Positions 8,382 through 16,395 of a stretch of 22,118 bases of DNA are shown here, in pieces. The DNA lies in NCBI GenBank assembly GCA_031400935.1, contig JANNQV010000061.1, positions 62,001-84,118 of the forward strand, in the 5' to 3' direction. A program made the position numbers and the translations under genes. Source of the stretch: Armatimonadota bacterium. Lineage in GTDB: Bacteria > Armatimonadota > Fimbriimonadia > Fimbriimonadales > Fimbriimonadaceae. The notes beneath the pieces are model-generated. The model saw only the letters and a list, made by a program, of their open reading frames with translations, ran no database searches and had not been told where the DNA came from. Numbering within the stretch: the first letter of the stretch is position 1; each line of letters opens with the position of its first letter.

Positions 8382-8403
8382 GTAGGACAGGATTTATCCT
8401 GTC
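8382..8403 (+). repeat. GTAG-family REP element (family A)
   Basis: GTAG-GACAGGA-TTTA-TCCTGTC; four more copies occur in the window. Confidence 0.85.
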
Positions 8404-8446
8404 AGGTGGTACTTGCACGAACGCAATGCTTTGGAAAAGCAGTTTC

Positions 8447-8469
8447 ATCCCGTCCGAGACGGACGAGCC
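8447..8469 (-). repeat. REP-like palindrome (family B variant)
   Basis: Minus strand ATGGCTCGTCC-GTCTC-GGACGGG, the same architecture as GTGGCTTGGCC-GTCTC-GGCCAAG at 21726. Confidence 0.6.
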
Positions 8470-8472
8470 ATA

Positions 8473-8817
8473 TCAAATGTCAATTGTTTCAAATTCGTTC
8501 CATCGAACTTTGGACATGTCAACTTGAAAGCGGGAAATCGGTACTCCTTCGGATTCTAGTTTGGACTTCTGTTCCATTCCAAGTTTTGGATCGCGATCAA
8601 ATAGAGCGATTGTCCCGTCTTTCTTGACGACTCGCCACCAGGGGATTTCAATCGCTCCCGATTCCAGACTTGCCATCCATTTACCTGCCAAGAAGCCGCT
8701 CACCGGATTCGGCAGGGCTTTTCCTAAGTCGCCATACGATGCACACCTGCCACAAGGAATTTGATGTACGAGCATCGCAAGCTGAACAAGTCTGGTCGGT
8801 TGATCGGGGCGATTCAT
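8473..8817 (-). CDS. Alkyltransferase-like (ATL/YbaZ, MGMT family) protein
   Basis: IPCGRCASYGDLG and PWWRVV, with Trp in place of the catalytic Cys of PCHRV. ATG at 8817 forms a TGATG overlap with the upstream gene. Confidence 0.88.
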   Translation of the reverse strand: MNRPDQPTRLVQLAMLVHQIPCGRCASYGDLGKALPNPVSGFLAGKWMASLESGAIEIPWWRVVKKDGTIALFDRDPKLGMEQKSKLESEGVPISRFQVDMSKVRWNEFETIDI

Positions 8818-9485
8818 CAAAGCGGAACTGACCAAGCGGATTGAAGCTGATCGTAGCTTTTGTTTTTAGCGTGAAGGTCGCCATACAGAACGTTATAGCG
8901 ATACTTGTCAAACTTTTCGTATGCGGACTCAAACGTGTCTGATTGGGAAACCGCACCTGCCGAACCGTGCCAATGGCCAGCACCATCAAACATTACGTTC
9001 ACATCTGCCGGAAGTTGAAACGAAGTATCGGCCAACCAACGAAAGCCAATTTCCGTGCGATAGAAGTAGCTCGATCCGTACGTTTTGTACATACTTGGCG
9101 AGCTAGAAAACGGAATGAATAGGTGATTGTCAAGGACTTGGGTTCCTGTGTCGCTAGGGCACTGGAACACTTCCTTACTCTTTACATAAGGCTGGAGAAC
9201 TTCGTGCATTAAAGGCATTTCAGAAATTCGAATCTGCCATTCTGGGTTGCCCGACCAAATCTGAGACGCATATTTGTCGCTTGCATCTAGAGCATGCGGC
9301 CAAATACCATCATAGTCAATCATATACATGGCAATGCCTTTGCCGATTTGACTTAGATTTGATACGCAATGAACTTGCTTAGCAGCGGCTTTTGCTTTGG
9401 CGAAGACTGGGAACAACAACCCTGCCAGAATTGCGATAATCGCGATCACAACGAGCAATTCAATAAGAGTAAATGCACGCTTCAT
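8817..9485 (-). CDS. Prepilin-type N-terminal cleavage/methylation protein (DUF1559/H-X9-DG-like)
   Basis: MKRAFTLIELLVVIAIIAILAGLLFPVF, C.SNL.QIG, FQCPSD and C-terminal NVLYGDLHAK. Confidence 0.9.
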   Translation of the reverse strand: MKRAFTLIELLVVIAIIAILAGLLFPVFAKAKAAAKQVHCVSNLSQIGKGIAMYMIDYDGIWPHALDASDKYASQIWSGNPEWQIRISEMPLMHEVLQPYVKSKEVFQCPSDTGTQVLDNHLFIPFSSSPSMYKTYGSSYFYRTEIGFRWLADTSFQLPADVNVMFDGAGHWHGSAGAVSQSDTFESAYEKFDKYRYNVLYGDLHAKNKSYDQLQSAWSVPL

Positions 9486-9585
9486 ATCTGTAGGATACGC
9501 TATGAAATTGGGAATTGTGCCCGGAAGTTGTTAAACATGCCATAATATCTGGTTCGGAGGCACTTCGCCTCGAGAGGAATTCCAT

Positions 9586-11403
9586 TTGGCAAAGACAGTT
9601 ACCCTAAAGTCTGATGATGTTTTCGTGCGCTCGTATGCTGACCGATTGATCCTGGGTCGGCTTACAGAAATGGAGGCGGCTATGCGCCTCGGAGAGCTTG
9701 CAGATTCGCTTTCTTCCCATGGTTTGGGCTTGGCTGCCGTTCGGGCGTTGCTAGCCTCAAATCCTGAAAGGTTTGCTTACCACGATCGAAGGTGGATTCC
9801 TGCCTCGCGGATCGAAGGTGATGGAAGACCTCTTGCGGAAGCGATCCGATTAACTGTTGACCGATTCGGCGGACCAATGCCTGTCGAAATGGTTATGAAA
9901 GAAATCGCGCTGATCCAAGGCGTTCCGATAAGCGAGATTGAGAATTCAGTGAGGCAACTCTTGGGTTCAGATCCAACGGTTGTTGTGACTGAAACAGACC
10001 ACGTAGTTCTTTCTACATGGTCTTTTGATGCTACAGACGAAACCGAAGCACGAGCATTCGCAATCAACAATGTTGAAGCAGAAGAGGTTGATGCGCTGTC
10101 CAAGAAGCTTGGCGAGTTTGATTGGAGAGAGCCCGGAGCGGCTGCAAAAGCGATCATTAAACTTGGCGGAGCGAACGCAAAAACCTTAGGTGCCGTCGCT
10201 TGGCGAGTACTAAACGATCAAGATCCGCGAGCCACACTTCATTACAACGGGCCTTTGATGTTCTGCGAAATGATTGCGGCGGAAGGATACGTTTTTGGTG
10301 CGGACGGATGTTTGCACTCTGAATCTGATGCCTCGAAGTGGGTTTCAGCAGCTGTCAAATTGGCTGAGAAACTTGCTCCAACAGTAGATGTTGAAGATGC
10401 TGCACCCATTGAGGTTAAGCCAGAAGACATTAAGAAAGTCATCAAGAAAGTCAACGACGGCGATACGACTGTTACCGCTACAAAACTTCTTGAAGAGCTT
10501 TATGAGATCACACCGGCCAATAAGACATTCATTGATGATCTTGCAAACATGTGCGATGCCTTAAAGGCGGAGAAAAACATGTGGTGGGTTGGAGAAGACC
10601 GATTCCGCAAGCCGGATAGTGCTCCAGACTTTATTTTTGATGTACCCGAACTGTTTCAATTTGAGCAGACCGAATTCAAAGGTGAAGACGGCGACCTAGT
10701 TGATGTTGAGCTAACGGATGACGGTTTAAGCAGTACGCTCAGAAAGCTGCTTTCGCACCCTCTTGCGACCGACGTTTTGGACGAAGACGTGTTGAGTTCC
10801 CAGAGGATTCAACCTGAGCAGATTCGCCTAGTTCTAAAATCAATCCACCGAGAATTGGGAACGTTCCCGATGTGTCAAATACCAGCCGGTTGGCTCAGCA
10901 CAACTCCGAAAATTCAAGAATTGCTTTTTGTTGACACTAACGGCAACGAACTGCAAGTTTGGGCAAACCACGACGCCCGTCTCCTTTACAACTTGATTGA
11001 CTGGTGGTACGAGCAACCGATTGAAAGCGGTGCTGTTTTTACATTGGCGAAAACACCGAAGCCAAATGTCTTTGAATTTGAATGGGAAGATCAGACGGAT
11101 CCAGTTGTTTACATTAGCACTCAGCGAATGGAAGAATTGAGAGAAATTCAAAGCAGAGCCGCAGAACTTAGCACACTAGATGTTCTGGTAGAAATTATGG
11201 CGCATTGGCCAAAGGGCGCGGACTTCTTGACGCTCCTTGCAGAAGCGAATGTAGTTCGAAGATCAACGAGAAGGCTTGTTGCTTCAATACTCAGCAGCTA
11301 CCAATGTTTCTATCAAAGATCAGGTTCGCCAGTGTGGCATTTTGATAACAAGAAAGTTGAACTTGGATTTGACAAAACAAAGAAGAAGTTCGTGAAAAAG
11401 TAA
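9586..11403 (+). CDS. Hypothetical 605-aa protein; predicted repeated winged-helix units plus a B3-like segment
   Basis: Long ORF with a TTG start after GAGGA. Domain calls are by eye only. Confidence 0.85.
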   Translation: MAKTVTLKSDDVFVRSYADRLILGRLTEMEAAMRLGELADSLSSHGLGLAAVRALLASNPERFAYHDRRWIPASRIEGDGRPLAEAIRLTVDRFGGPMPVEMVMKEIALIQGVPISEIENSVRQLLGSDPTVVVTETDHVVLSTWSFDATDETEARAFAINNVEAEEVDALSKKLGEFDWREPGAAAKAIIKLGGANAKTLGAVAWRVLNDQDPRATLHYNGPLMFCEMIAAEGYVFGADGCLHSESDASKWVSAAVKLAEKLAPTVDVEDAAPIEVKPEDIKKVIKKVNDGDTTVTATKLLEELYEITPANKTFIDDLANMCDALKAEKNMWWVGEDRFRKPDSAPDFIFDVPELFQFEQTEFKGEDGDLVDVELTDDGLSSTLRKLLSHPLATDVLDEDVLSSQRIQPEQIRLVLKSIHRELGTFPMCQIPAGWLSTTPKIQELLFVDTNGNELQVWANHDARLLYNLIDWWYEQPIESGAVFTLAKTPKPNVFEFEWEDQTDPVVYISTQRMEELREIQSRAAELSTLDVLVEIMAHWPKGADFLTLLAEANVVRRSTRRLVASILSSYQCFYQRSGSPVWHFDNKKVELGFDKTKKKFVKK

Positions 11404-11434
11404 CAATCGGGTATCTTAGTCGGAAGCAAAAATT

Positions 11435-11695
11435 ATGGCAAATCTGAAGTCCTCAAAAAAAGACCTACGTCGAACCGCGAAGCGAACGACGAGAAATACT
11501 GAAGTTCGAACCTCAATCAAGACCTATATCAAAAAGGTTCGAATTGCAACGCAAACGGGTGATGCAACAGCAGTTGCAAGCGCATTAGTGACTGCAGTCA
11601 GCAAAATTGACAAAGCAGTTCAAAACGGTCAGATTCATAAGAATCAGGCTGCAAGACGAAAGTCTAGAATGGCCAAAAAAGCCGCCATCAAGTAG
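11435..11695 (+). CDS. rpsT: 30S ribosomal protein S20
   Basis: MANLKSSKK, IDKAVQNGQIHKNQAARRKSRM. Confidence 0.98.
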   Translation: MANLKSSKKDLRRTAKRTTRNTEVRTSIKTYIKKVRIATQTGDATAVASALVTAVSKIDKAVQNGQIHKNQAARRKSRMAKKAAIK

Positions 11696-11713
11696 GACAG
11701 GATTCATCCTGTC
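11692..11713 (+). repeat. GTAG REP (family A) overlapping the rpsT stop codon
   Basis: GTAGGACAGGATTCATCCTGTC; TAG at 11693-11695 is the rpsT stop. Confidence 0.85.
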
Positions 11714-11730
11714 GAAACGATAGAGAGAGA

Positions 11731-11766
11731 AACGCCGCTGAAATTCAGCGGCGTTCTTTTGTTTTT
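11731..11766 (+). terminator. Intrinsic terminator after rpsT
   Basis: AACGCCGCTGAA-A-TTCAGCGGCGTT followed by CTTTTGTTTTT. Confidence 0.85.
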
Positions 11767-11796
11767 GAAGAGAGGAGTGATAAGTAATTTTGAGGC

Positions 11797-11898
11797 TCAA
11801 TTACTTGACGTCTCAGTGACTTCAGTATCGTCCTTCAATTTCATCCATGCACCGGTGGTTGCAATTGCAGCAACGATTAGAAAAGCGACTTGAAACAT
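11797..11898 (-). CDS. Putative 33-aa single-TM small protein
   Basis: MFQVAFLIVAAIATTGAWMKLKDDTEVTETSSN*, with AGGGGA 11 nt upstream of the ATG. Confidence 0.5.
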   Translation of the reverse strand: MFQVAFLIVAAIATTGAWMKLKDDTEVTETSSN

Positions 11899-12072
11899 AA
11901 CGTAATTGATCCCCTACGTATAGCAGTTTGCCGTGTCAGAGAGCCTTTTTCCCAAGTAATCATTACGTGCAAGCGATTTTCCAGCAGGCTTGCTGTCGGT
12001 CATTCGAACAGCTAGGATCATTGCCGATAGTGATGCTACTGGTGTAGGAAATGCCTGGATTATTTAGGCTTC

Positions 12073-12157
12073 GTCGCCAAGTCGTCACTATGTTGTCGCC
12101 AAGTTGTTGGCAGGTTAGCACGTACCAAATACCCTGAACCCTTTACCCCATACCCTT
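12073..12157. repeat. 11-mer x4 and 7-mer x5 tandem arrays upstream of metH
   Basis: GTCGCCAAGTC GTCACTATGTT GTCGCCAAGTT GTTGGCAGGTT, then TACCAAA TACCCTG AACCCTT TACCCCA TACCCTT. Confidence 0.7.
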
Positions 12158-12210
12158 TTGAATCGTGAACCTATCCGAAGAACACCTCATCTGTGCTTTA
12201 CTTATAGCTA

Positions 12211-14154
12211 ATGCAATCCCAACTCCTTGACCTTTTATTCGAACGCGTCCTCATTTACGACGGCGCGATGGGAACGCAGATTCAAGCTGCCGAGTTTTCG
12301 GATGCGGATTTCATTTTGAATTCAAATCCCGAATTTTCAAAAGCGTCAAACGATGCAGCTGAACGGCTCGGCGGAAGACTGCTGGACGGATGCAACGAGA
12401 TTCTCAACCTAACGCGCCCAGAAGCGATCAAGCAAATTCACAAGAACTATTTTGAAGCTGGAGCTGACATGGTTGAAACCAACACTTTTGGTGCATCAAC
12501 GATAGTTCTTGCAGAGTATGAAATTGCAGATCTGAACTGGGACATCAGCCTCGCGGCAGGGAAGATCGCCGTTGAAGCGGCTAGGGAAGCATCAACGCCC
12601 GGCAGGCCCCGATTTGCCATCGGTGCGCTTGGACCTGGCACTAAACTCATTACACTCGGCCAATGCACGTTTGAAGAGCTTCGCGCTAGCTACCGAACCT
12701 CGTTTATCGCGATGCTAGAAGCTGGCGTAGACGCGGTACTTTTGGAAACCTTGCAAGACCTCCTCATGGCGAAAGCCACAATTGTTGGGGCGCACGAGGC
12801 ACTCGCTGAAACCGGTCGCCAGGTTCCAATTTTTGTATCCGTAACCATGGAGCAGACCGGAACGATGCTATTGGGAACCGAATTGGGAGCTGCTTTAAAC
12901 ATGATCGAATCGTTTCCAGGCGTTCAGGGAATTGGCGTCAATTGTGCAACTGGCCCCGTGGAAATGGCACCGCACGTTCGCTTTTTGGGACAAAACTCGA
13001 CGCGCCCAATTTCTGTGCTTCCAAATGCAGGACTGCCGATAATGGAAGCCGGACGTTCGGCATACAAGCTCACTCCCGAAGAGCTTGCGAACCACCATGA
13101 GCACTTTGTCAAGGACTTTGGAGCAGCGATGATCGGCGGCTGTTGCGGTACGACTCCAGCTCATATTCGAGCCGTTTCAGAGAGACTTTCTGGAGCAACA
13201 CATACCGCGGATTGCCATTGGCGCAAGGTTCGAAACGTGTTTGCCGGATTCGATTTTGAAGTCAAAGGCGAGGAGCAAGCGAAGGCGTTTCAGCTTGTCG
13301 GATGCAGTTCGCTCTACCAGTTTCAGCCGTACGAGCAAGACCCAAGCATTCTCATTGTTGGAGAAAAGACCAACGCCAACGGCTCAAAAGCCTTCCGCAA
13401 CTTGCTGGCGGATGAAAACTGGGAGGCACTTACCGAACTTGCAAGAGAGCTTGAAGGCGAAGGTTCGCACGTTCTCGATGTCTGCACCGCATATGTCGGA
13501 CGAGACGAGGAACGCGACATGCGAATCCTCCTCAGCTATTACAATCGCCACATTACGGTACCCCTCATGATTGACTCTACCGAAGTGAATGTGGTCGAAG
13601 CCTCGCTTCAGTGTGTTGCGGGAAAGCCGATTGTGAATTCGATCAACTTCGAGGATGGCGAATTGCGAACCGAAAAGGTGCTCGCGCTTTGCCGAAAGTA
13701 TGGCGCGGCAGTCGTTGCGCTCACAATTGACGAAGACGGCATGGCAAAGACGGTTGAAAAGAAGTTAGAGATAGCGGGCAGGATTCTGGCGCGAACTCGA
13801 GCGGCAGGGATGCCGGATCAAGATGTCTTTTTGGATTGCCTCACGTTTACTTTAGGTTCGGGCGACGAGGAATTTCGAAAATCAGCCGAGGCGACTATCG
13901 AAGCCATCCGCCAAGTGAAACTCCGTTACCCGCTAGTCAATACGATTCTCGGCGTCTCAAATGTGAGCTTTGGGCTAAAGCCAGGTACTCGTCAGGTTCT
14001 CAATTCGACATTCCTTCACTACTGCTGCGAAGTAGGGCTGACCAGCGCGATTGTTCATTTCAGCAAAATCGTGCCAGAAAACAAGATTGAGCCGGAAGTC
14101 TGGAAGATCGCGAGTGATCTAGTTTATGATCGAAGGGAGTTTGTAAGTGCCTGA
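12211..14154 (+). CDS. metH: Methionine synthase N-terminal half (homocysteine- and pterin-binding domains only)
   Basis: DGAMGTQIQ, ETNTFG, GVNC, PNAGLP, GGCCGTTPAHI, GEKTNANGSKAF and GVSNVSFGL. Stops just after DLVYDRR; no DxHxxG B12-binding motif. Confidence 0.92.
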   Translation: MQSQLLDLLFERVLIYDGAMGTQIQAAEFSDADFILNSNPEFSKASNDAAERLGGRLLDGCNEILNLTRPEAIKQIHKNYFEAGADMVETNTFGASTIVLAEYEIADLNWDISLAAGKIAVEAAREASTPGRPRFAIGALGPGTKLITLGQCTFEELRASYRTSFIAMLEAGVDAVLLETLQDLLMAKATIVGAHEALAETGRQVPIFVSVTMEQTGTMLLGTELGAALNMIESFPGVQGIGVNCATGPVEMAPHVRFLGQNSTRPISVLPNAGLPIMEAGRSAYKLTPEELANHHEHFVKDFGAAMIGGCCGTTPAHIRAVSERLSGATHTADCHWRKVRNVFAGFDFEVKGEEQAKAFQLVGCSSLYQFQPYEQDPSILIVGEKTNANGSKAFRNLLADENWEALTELARELEGEGSHVLDVCTAYVGRDEERDMRILLSYYNRHITVPLMIDSTEVNVVEASLQCVAGKPIVNSINFEDGELRTEKVLALCRKYGAAVVALTIDEDGMAKTVEKKLEIAGRILARTRAAGMPDQDVFLDCLTFTLGSGDEEFRKSAEATIEAIRQVKLRYPLVNTILGVSNVSFGLKPGTRQVLNSTFLHYCCEVGLTSAIVHFSKIVPENKIEPEVWKIASDLVYDRREFVSA

Positions 14155-14368
14155 CGTCATTGCAGCGAACCACAAATACTGTGATTCCGATTTCCAATGT
14201 CAGCAAATAATTAGGTTCGAATGATCGAATGACGTCATCGTCATTCTTGTATTCCACAGCAAAAATGCTAGTTCGTACATTGTTAATGCAAATATAGTCG
14301 AAAAGGCTCTAAATTCGGATCATAATAAATTGCATCATTTAGATGCAGGTTACTTTAGGAGGATGTTT

Positions 14369-14965
14369 ATGAAAAAAGTTATTTTAGCCATCATTGGTAT
14401 GGCCGCCCTTTCAGCTCCGTCTGATGCTGGACTTTTTGATTTCGAATCTTTGGCAACAGGGAATATCGGTGGATTTGCGCTAACAGATGGTGGAGTCACC
14501 GGGACGTTTTCGGCGTCTTCTGCTACAGCCCATCAAGTTCAGGATTTAGGCACAAATGCTCCGGCTGGTTGGCTTTCGCGAACACTTTTGCCTGAACTGT
14601 TTAATGCGAACCACACGTTTGTAACGTTTAATGTTGGCTTGACTCTAGTTGCCTTTCAGTTTGGCGATTTCGGTTCGGATGACGACTTCATGCATCTACG
14701 AGCGTTTGATTCGAGCAATGTGCTCGTGGGCAGTGCCGACGTATTTTATGCGACAAGCCAAACAATTCCTGGCAACGTAGGAAATATTGCAGTCACAACT
14801 TCAGGCGGCCCAATCATGTCCATCGAGTTATGGGAAGACGGTCAAGGCGGCACCAACGACATTTACATTGACAACATGCGGTTCGATGCAGTTCCTGAGC
14901 CCGCAACAATGGCTGCATTGGCTCTTGGTGTAGGCGCTTTGATTCGACGACGGAAGAAAGCGTAG
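14369..14965 (+). CDS. PEP-CTERM sorting-domain protein
   Basis: AGGAGG SD, signal peptide MKKVILAIIGMAALSAPSDA, C-terminal VPEPATMAALALGVGALIRRRKKA. Confidence 0.93.
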   Translation: MKKVILAIIGMAALSAPSDAGLFDFESLATGNIGGFALTDGGVTGTFSASSATAHQVQDLGTNAPAGWLSRTLLPELFNANHTFVTFNVGLTLVAFQFGDFGSDDDFMHLRAFDSSNVLVGSADVFYATSQTIPGNVGNIAVTTSGGPIMSIELWEDGQGGTNDIYIDNMRFDAVPEPATMAALALGVGALIRRRKKA

Positions 14966-14984
14966 TATAGTTACGATTGAGTTT

Positions 14985-15023
14985 GGACTGCTAATCGCAA
15001 TTGCGATTAGCAGTCCTTTTTTT
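14985..15023 (+). terminator. Intrinsic terminator (32-bp perfect palindrome plus T run)
   Basis: GGACTGCTAATCGCAATTGCGATTAGCAGTCC followed by TTTTTTT, between convergent genes. Confidence 0.85.
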
Positions 15024-15031
15024 GATGCAAA

Positions 15032-16234
15032 TCAGTGTGTTGAGTTCTGAAATCCAGTTCTCTTGCAAAGCCACAGCAATGAGAGGTCGTAGCAAATCTT
15101 TAAGCCTCCCGCGAAGATCAGCGGGAGGCCGAGCTTTGGATTTGCCATCATTGTTCCCAAGAGAAGCGGGGAAGTTGCCACTCCCACGCTCCTCGCAACG
15201 TTTGTCACCCCGCCTGCCGCAGACCTTTCCTCAGGATTTACGACAGACATGACATAAGCTTGGCGAGTGGGAACATCCATTTGACTAAGGCAAAAGCGAA
15301 CGAGCAGCACGGATACGGCAAGCTCGAATGAAGGCATGAGCGGAACAAGTATAAGTAAGCAATTCGAGGGAATATGGGTCCAAACCATTGTGTTGACCAG
15401 CCCGAACCGTTTGGCAATTTTGGCGGCCATGAGAGCTGAAGCTCCCGCAAACAGGTTCCCGAAGAGCAGGATCATACCAAGCTGCAGCTCACTTGCACCC
15501 CATCTAAGGTGGAACCAGTACGCTATCAAGCTCTGCATCACAAATCCACCAGCGAATGCATCTATCGCGAAAAGCCCCGAAAGCTGAAGAACAATACGTT
15601 TGCTTCGCCCTAATCCTAAGAATCCTTGCGTGGCATTCGGGCTGGATGTTTCTGCCTTCGCAGAAAGTCGGAAGTAAAACAGAAACATTAGAAGGCCGAT
15701 GACGGCGTGCACGGCTATCACGAATCTATAGCTTGCTACGACCAACCAGCCGTTCGATTGCAACGTGCTGGCAATGATTCCGGCCGAAGCTGCCCCAATC
15801 GCCGCCGCGACATAGCCTGCGAGGTTGTACCAGGCAAAAGTGCCCACCCTCCTTTCAGCTGTCAGTTTTTCTGAAAGCGCGGCTTGTTCAACGGGCAGAA
15901 ACGGCCCGATTTCGTTTCCGCTGGGACTGAGAACTCCAATTGTTGCGGCTATGACCAGAACCCAGAAATCTCCTGAAATTGCAAATGCAAGCGATGCTCC
16001 TACCATGAGAGCGCAACCGATCAAAAGTGTTCGCTTTCGCCCAAATCGGTCTGCCCGGGTGGTCAGATACAGAGAGATCATCGTGTCGCCCGCCATTGTT
16101 AAGGCAAAGAGAGTTCCGATGATCGAATTAGAGAATCCGAGGCTGTGAAGATGAAGCGCAAGTACGACAGCAAGTAGGCCGTACGCAAACATGCGAAGCG
16201 ACCTTGTGGTGAAGAGAATTGCGAGGTCGGTCAT
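15032..16234 (-). CDS. MFS transporter
   Basis: About 12 hydrophobic segments, motif A (ADRFGRKRTL) and SQMDVPTRQAYVM. Confidence 0.92.
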   Translation of the reverse strand: MTDLAILFTTRSLRMFAYGLLAVVLALHLHSLGFSNSIIGTLFALTMAGDTMISLYLTTRADRFGRKRTLLIGCALMVGASLAFAISGDFWVLVIAATIGVLSPSGNEIGPFLPVEQAALSEKLTAERRVGTFAWYNLAGYVAAAIGAASAGIIASTLQSNGWLVVASYRFVIAVHAVIGLLMFLFYFRLSAKAETSSPNATQGFLGLGRSKRIVLQLSGLFAIDAFAGGFVMQSLIAYWFHLRWGASELQLGMILLFGNLFAGASALMAAKIAKRFGLVNTMVWTHIPSNCLLILVPLMPSFELAVSVLLVRFCLSQMDVPTRQAYVMSVVNPEERSAAGGVTNVARSVGVATSPLLLGTMMANPKLGLPLIFAGGLKICYDLSLLWLCKRTGFQNSTH

Positions 16235-16239
16235 ATTGA

Positions 16240-16395
16240 TTTTGGGAGTGCGAAAATGTGTAGGACAGGATTAATCCTGTCAAGAATTGCTGGTGCCTAT
16301 CCAAATTTTCGACAGGATGAATCCTGTCCTACGTATGCCCACTCAAATTTTTCGACAGGATGAATCCTGTCTTACGGATACCCGCACTCCCAAAA
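16240..16395. repeat. Composite element: three family-A REPs inside a 13-bp terminal inverted repeat
   Basis: TTTTGGGAGTGCG (16240-16252) pairs with CGCACTCCCAAAA (16383-16395). REPs at 16260-16281 (+), 16311-16332 (-) and 16354-16375 (-). Confidence 0.85.

Noticed and set aside
11900..12210. SAM, SAH or cobalamin riboswitch upstream of metH
   Set aside because: No recognisable core motifs by eye; an Rfam cmscan would be decisive.
14155..14330. Frameshifted continuation of metH
   Set aside because: No cap or B12-domain-like sequence and no long reading frame follows the stop.
16260..16375. Possible CRISPR from GACAGGA repeats
   Set aside because: Copies are in mixed orientation and dispersed elsewhere in the window; REP architecture fits better.
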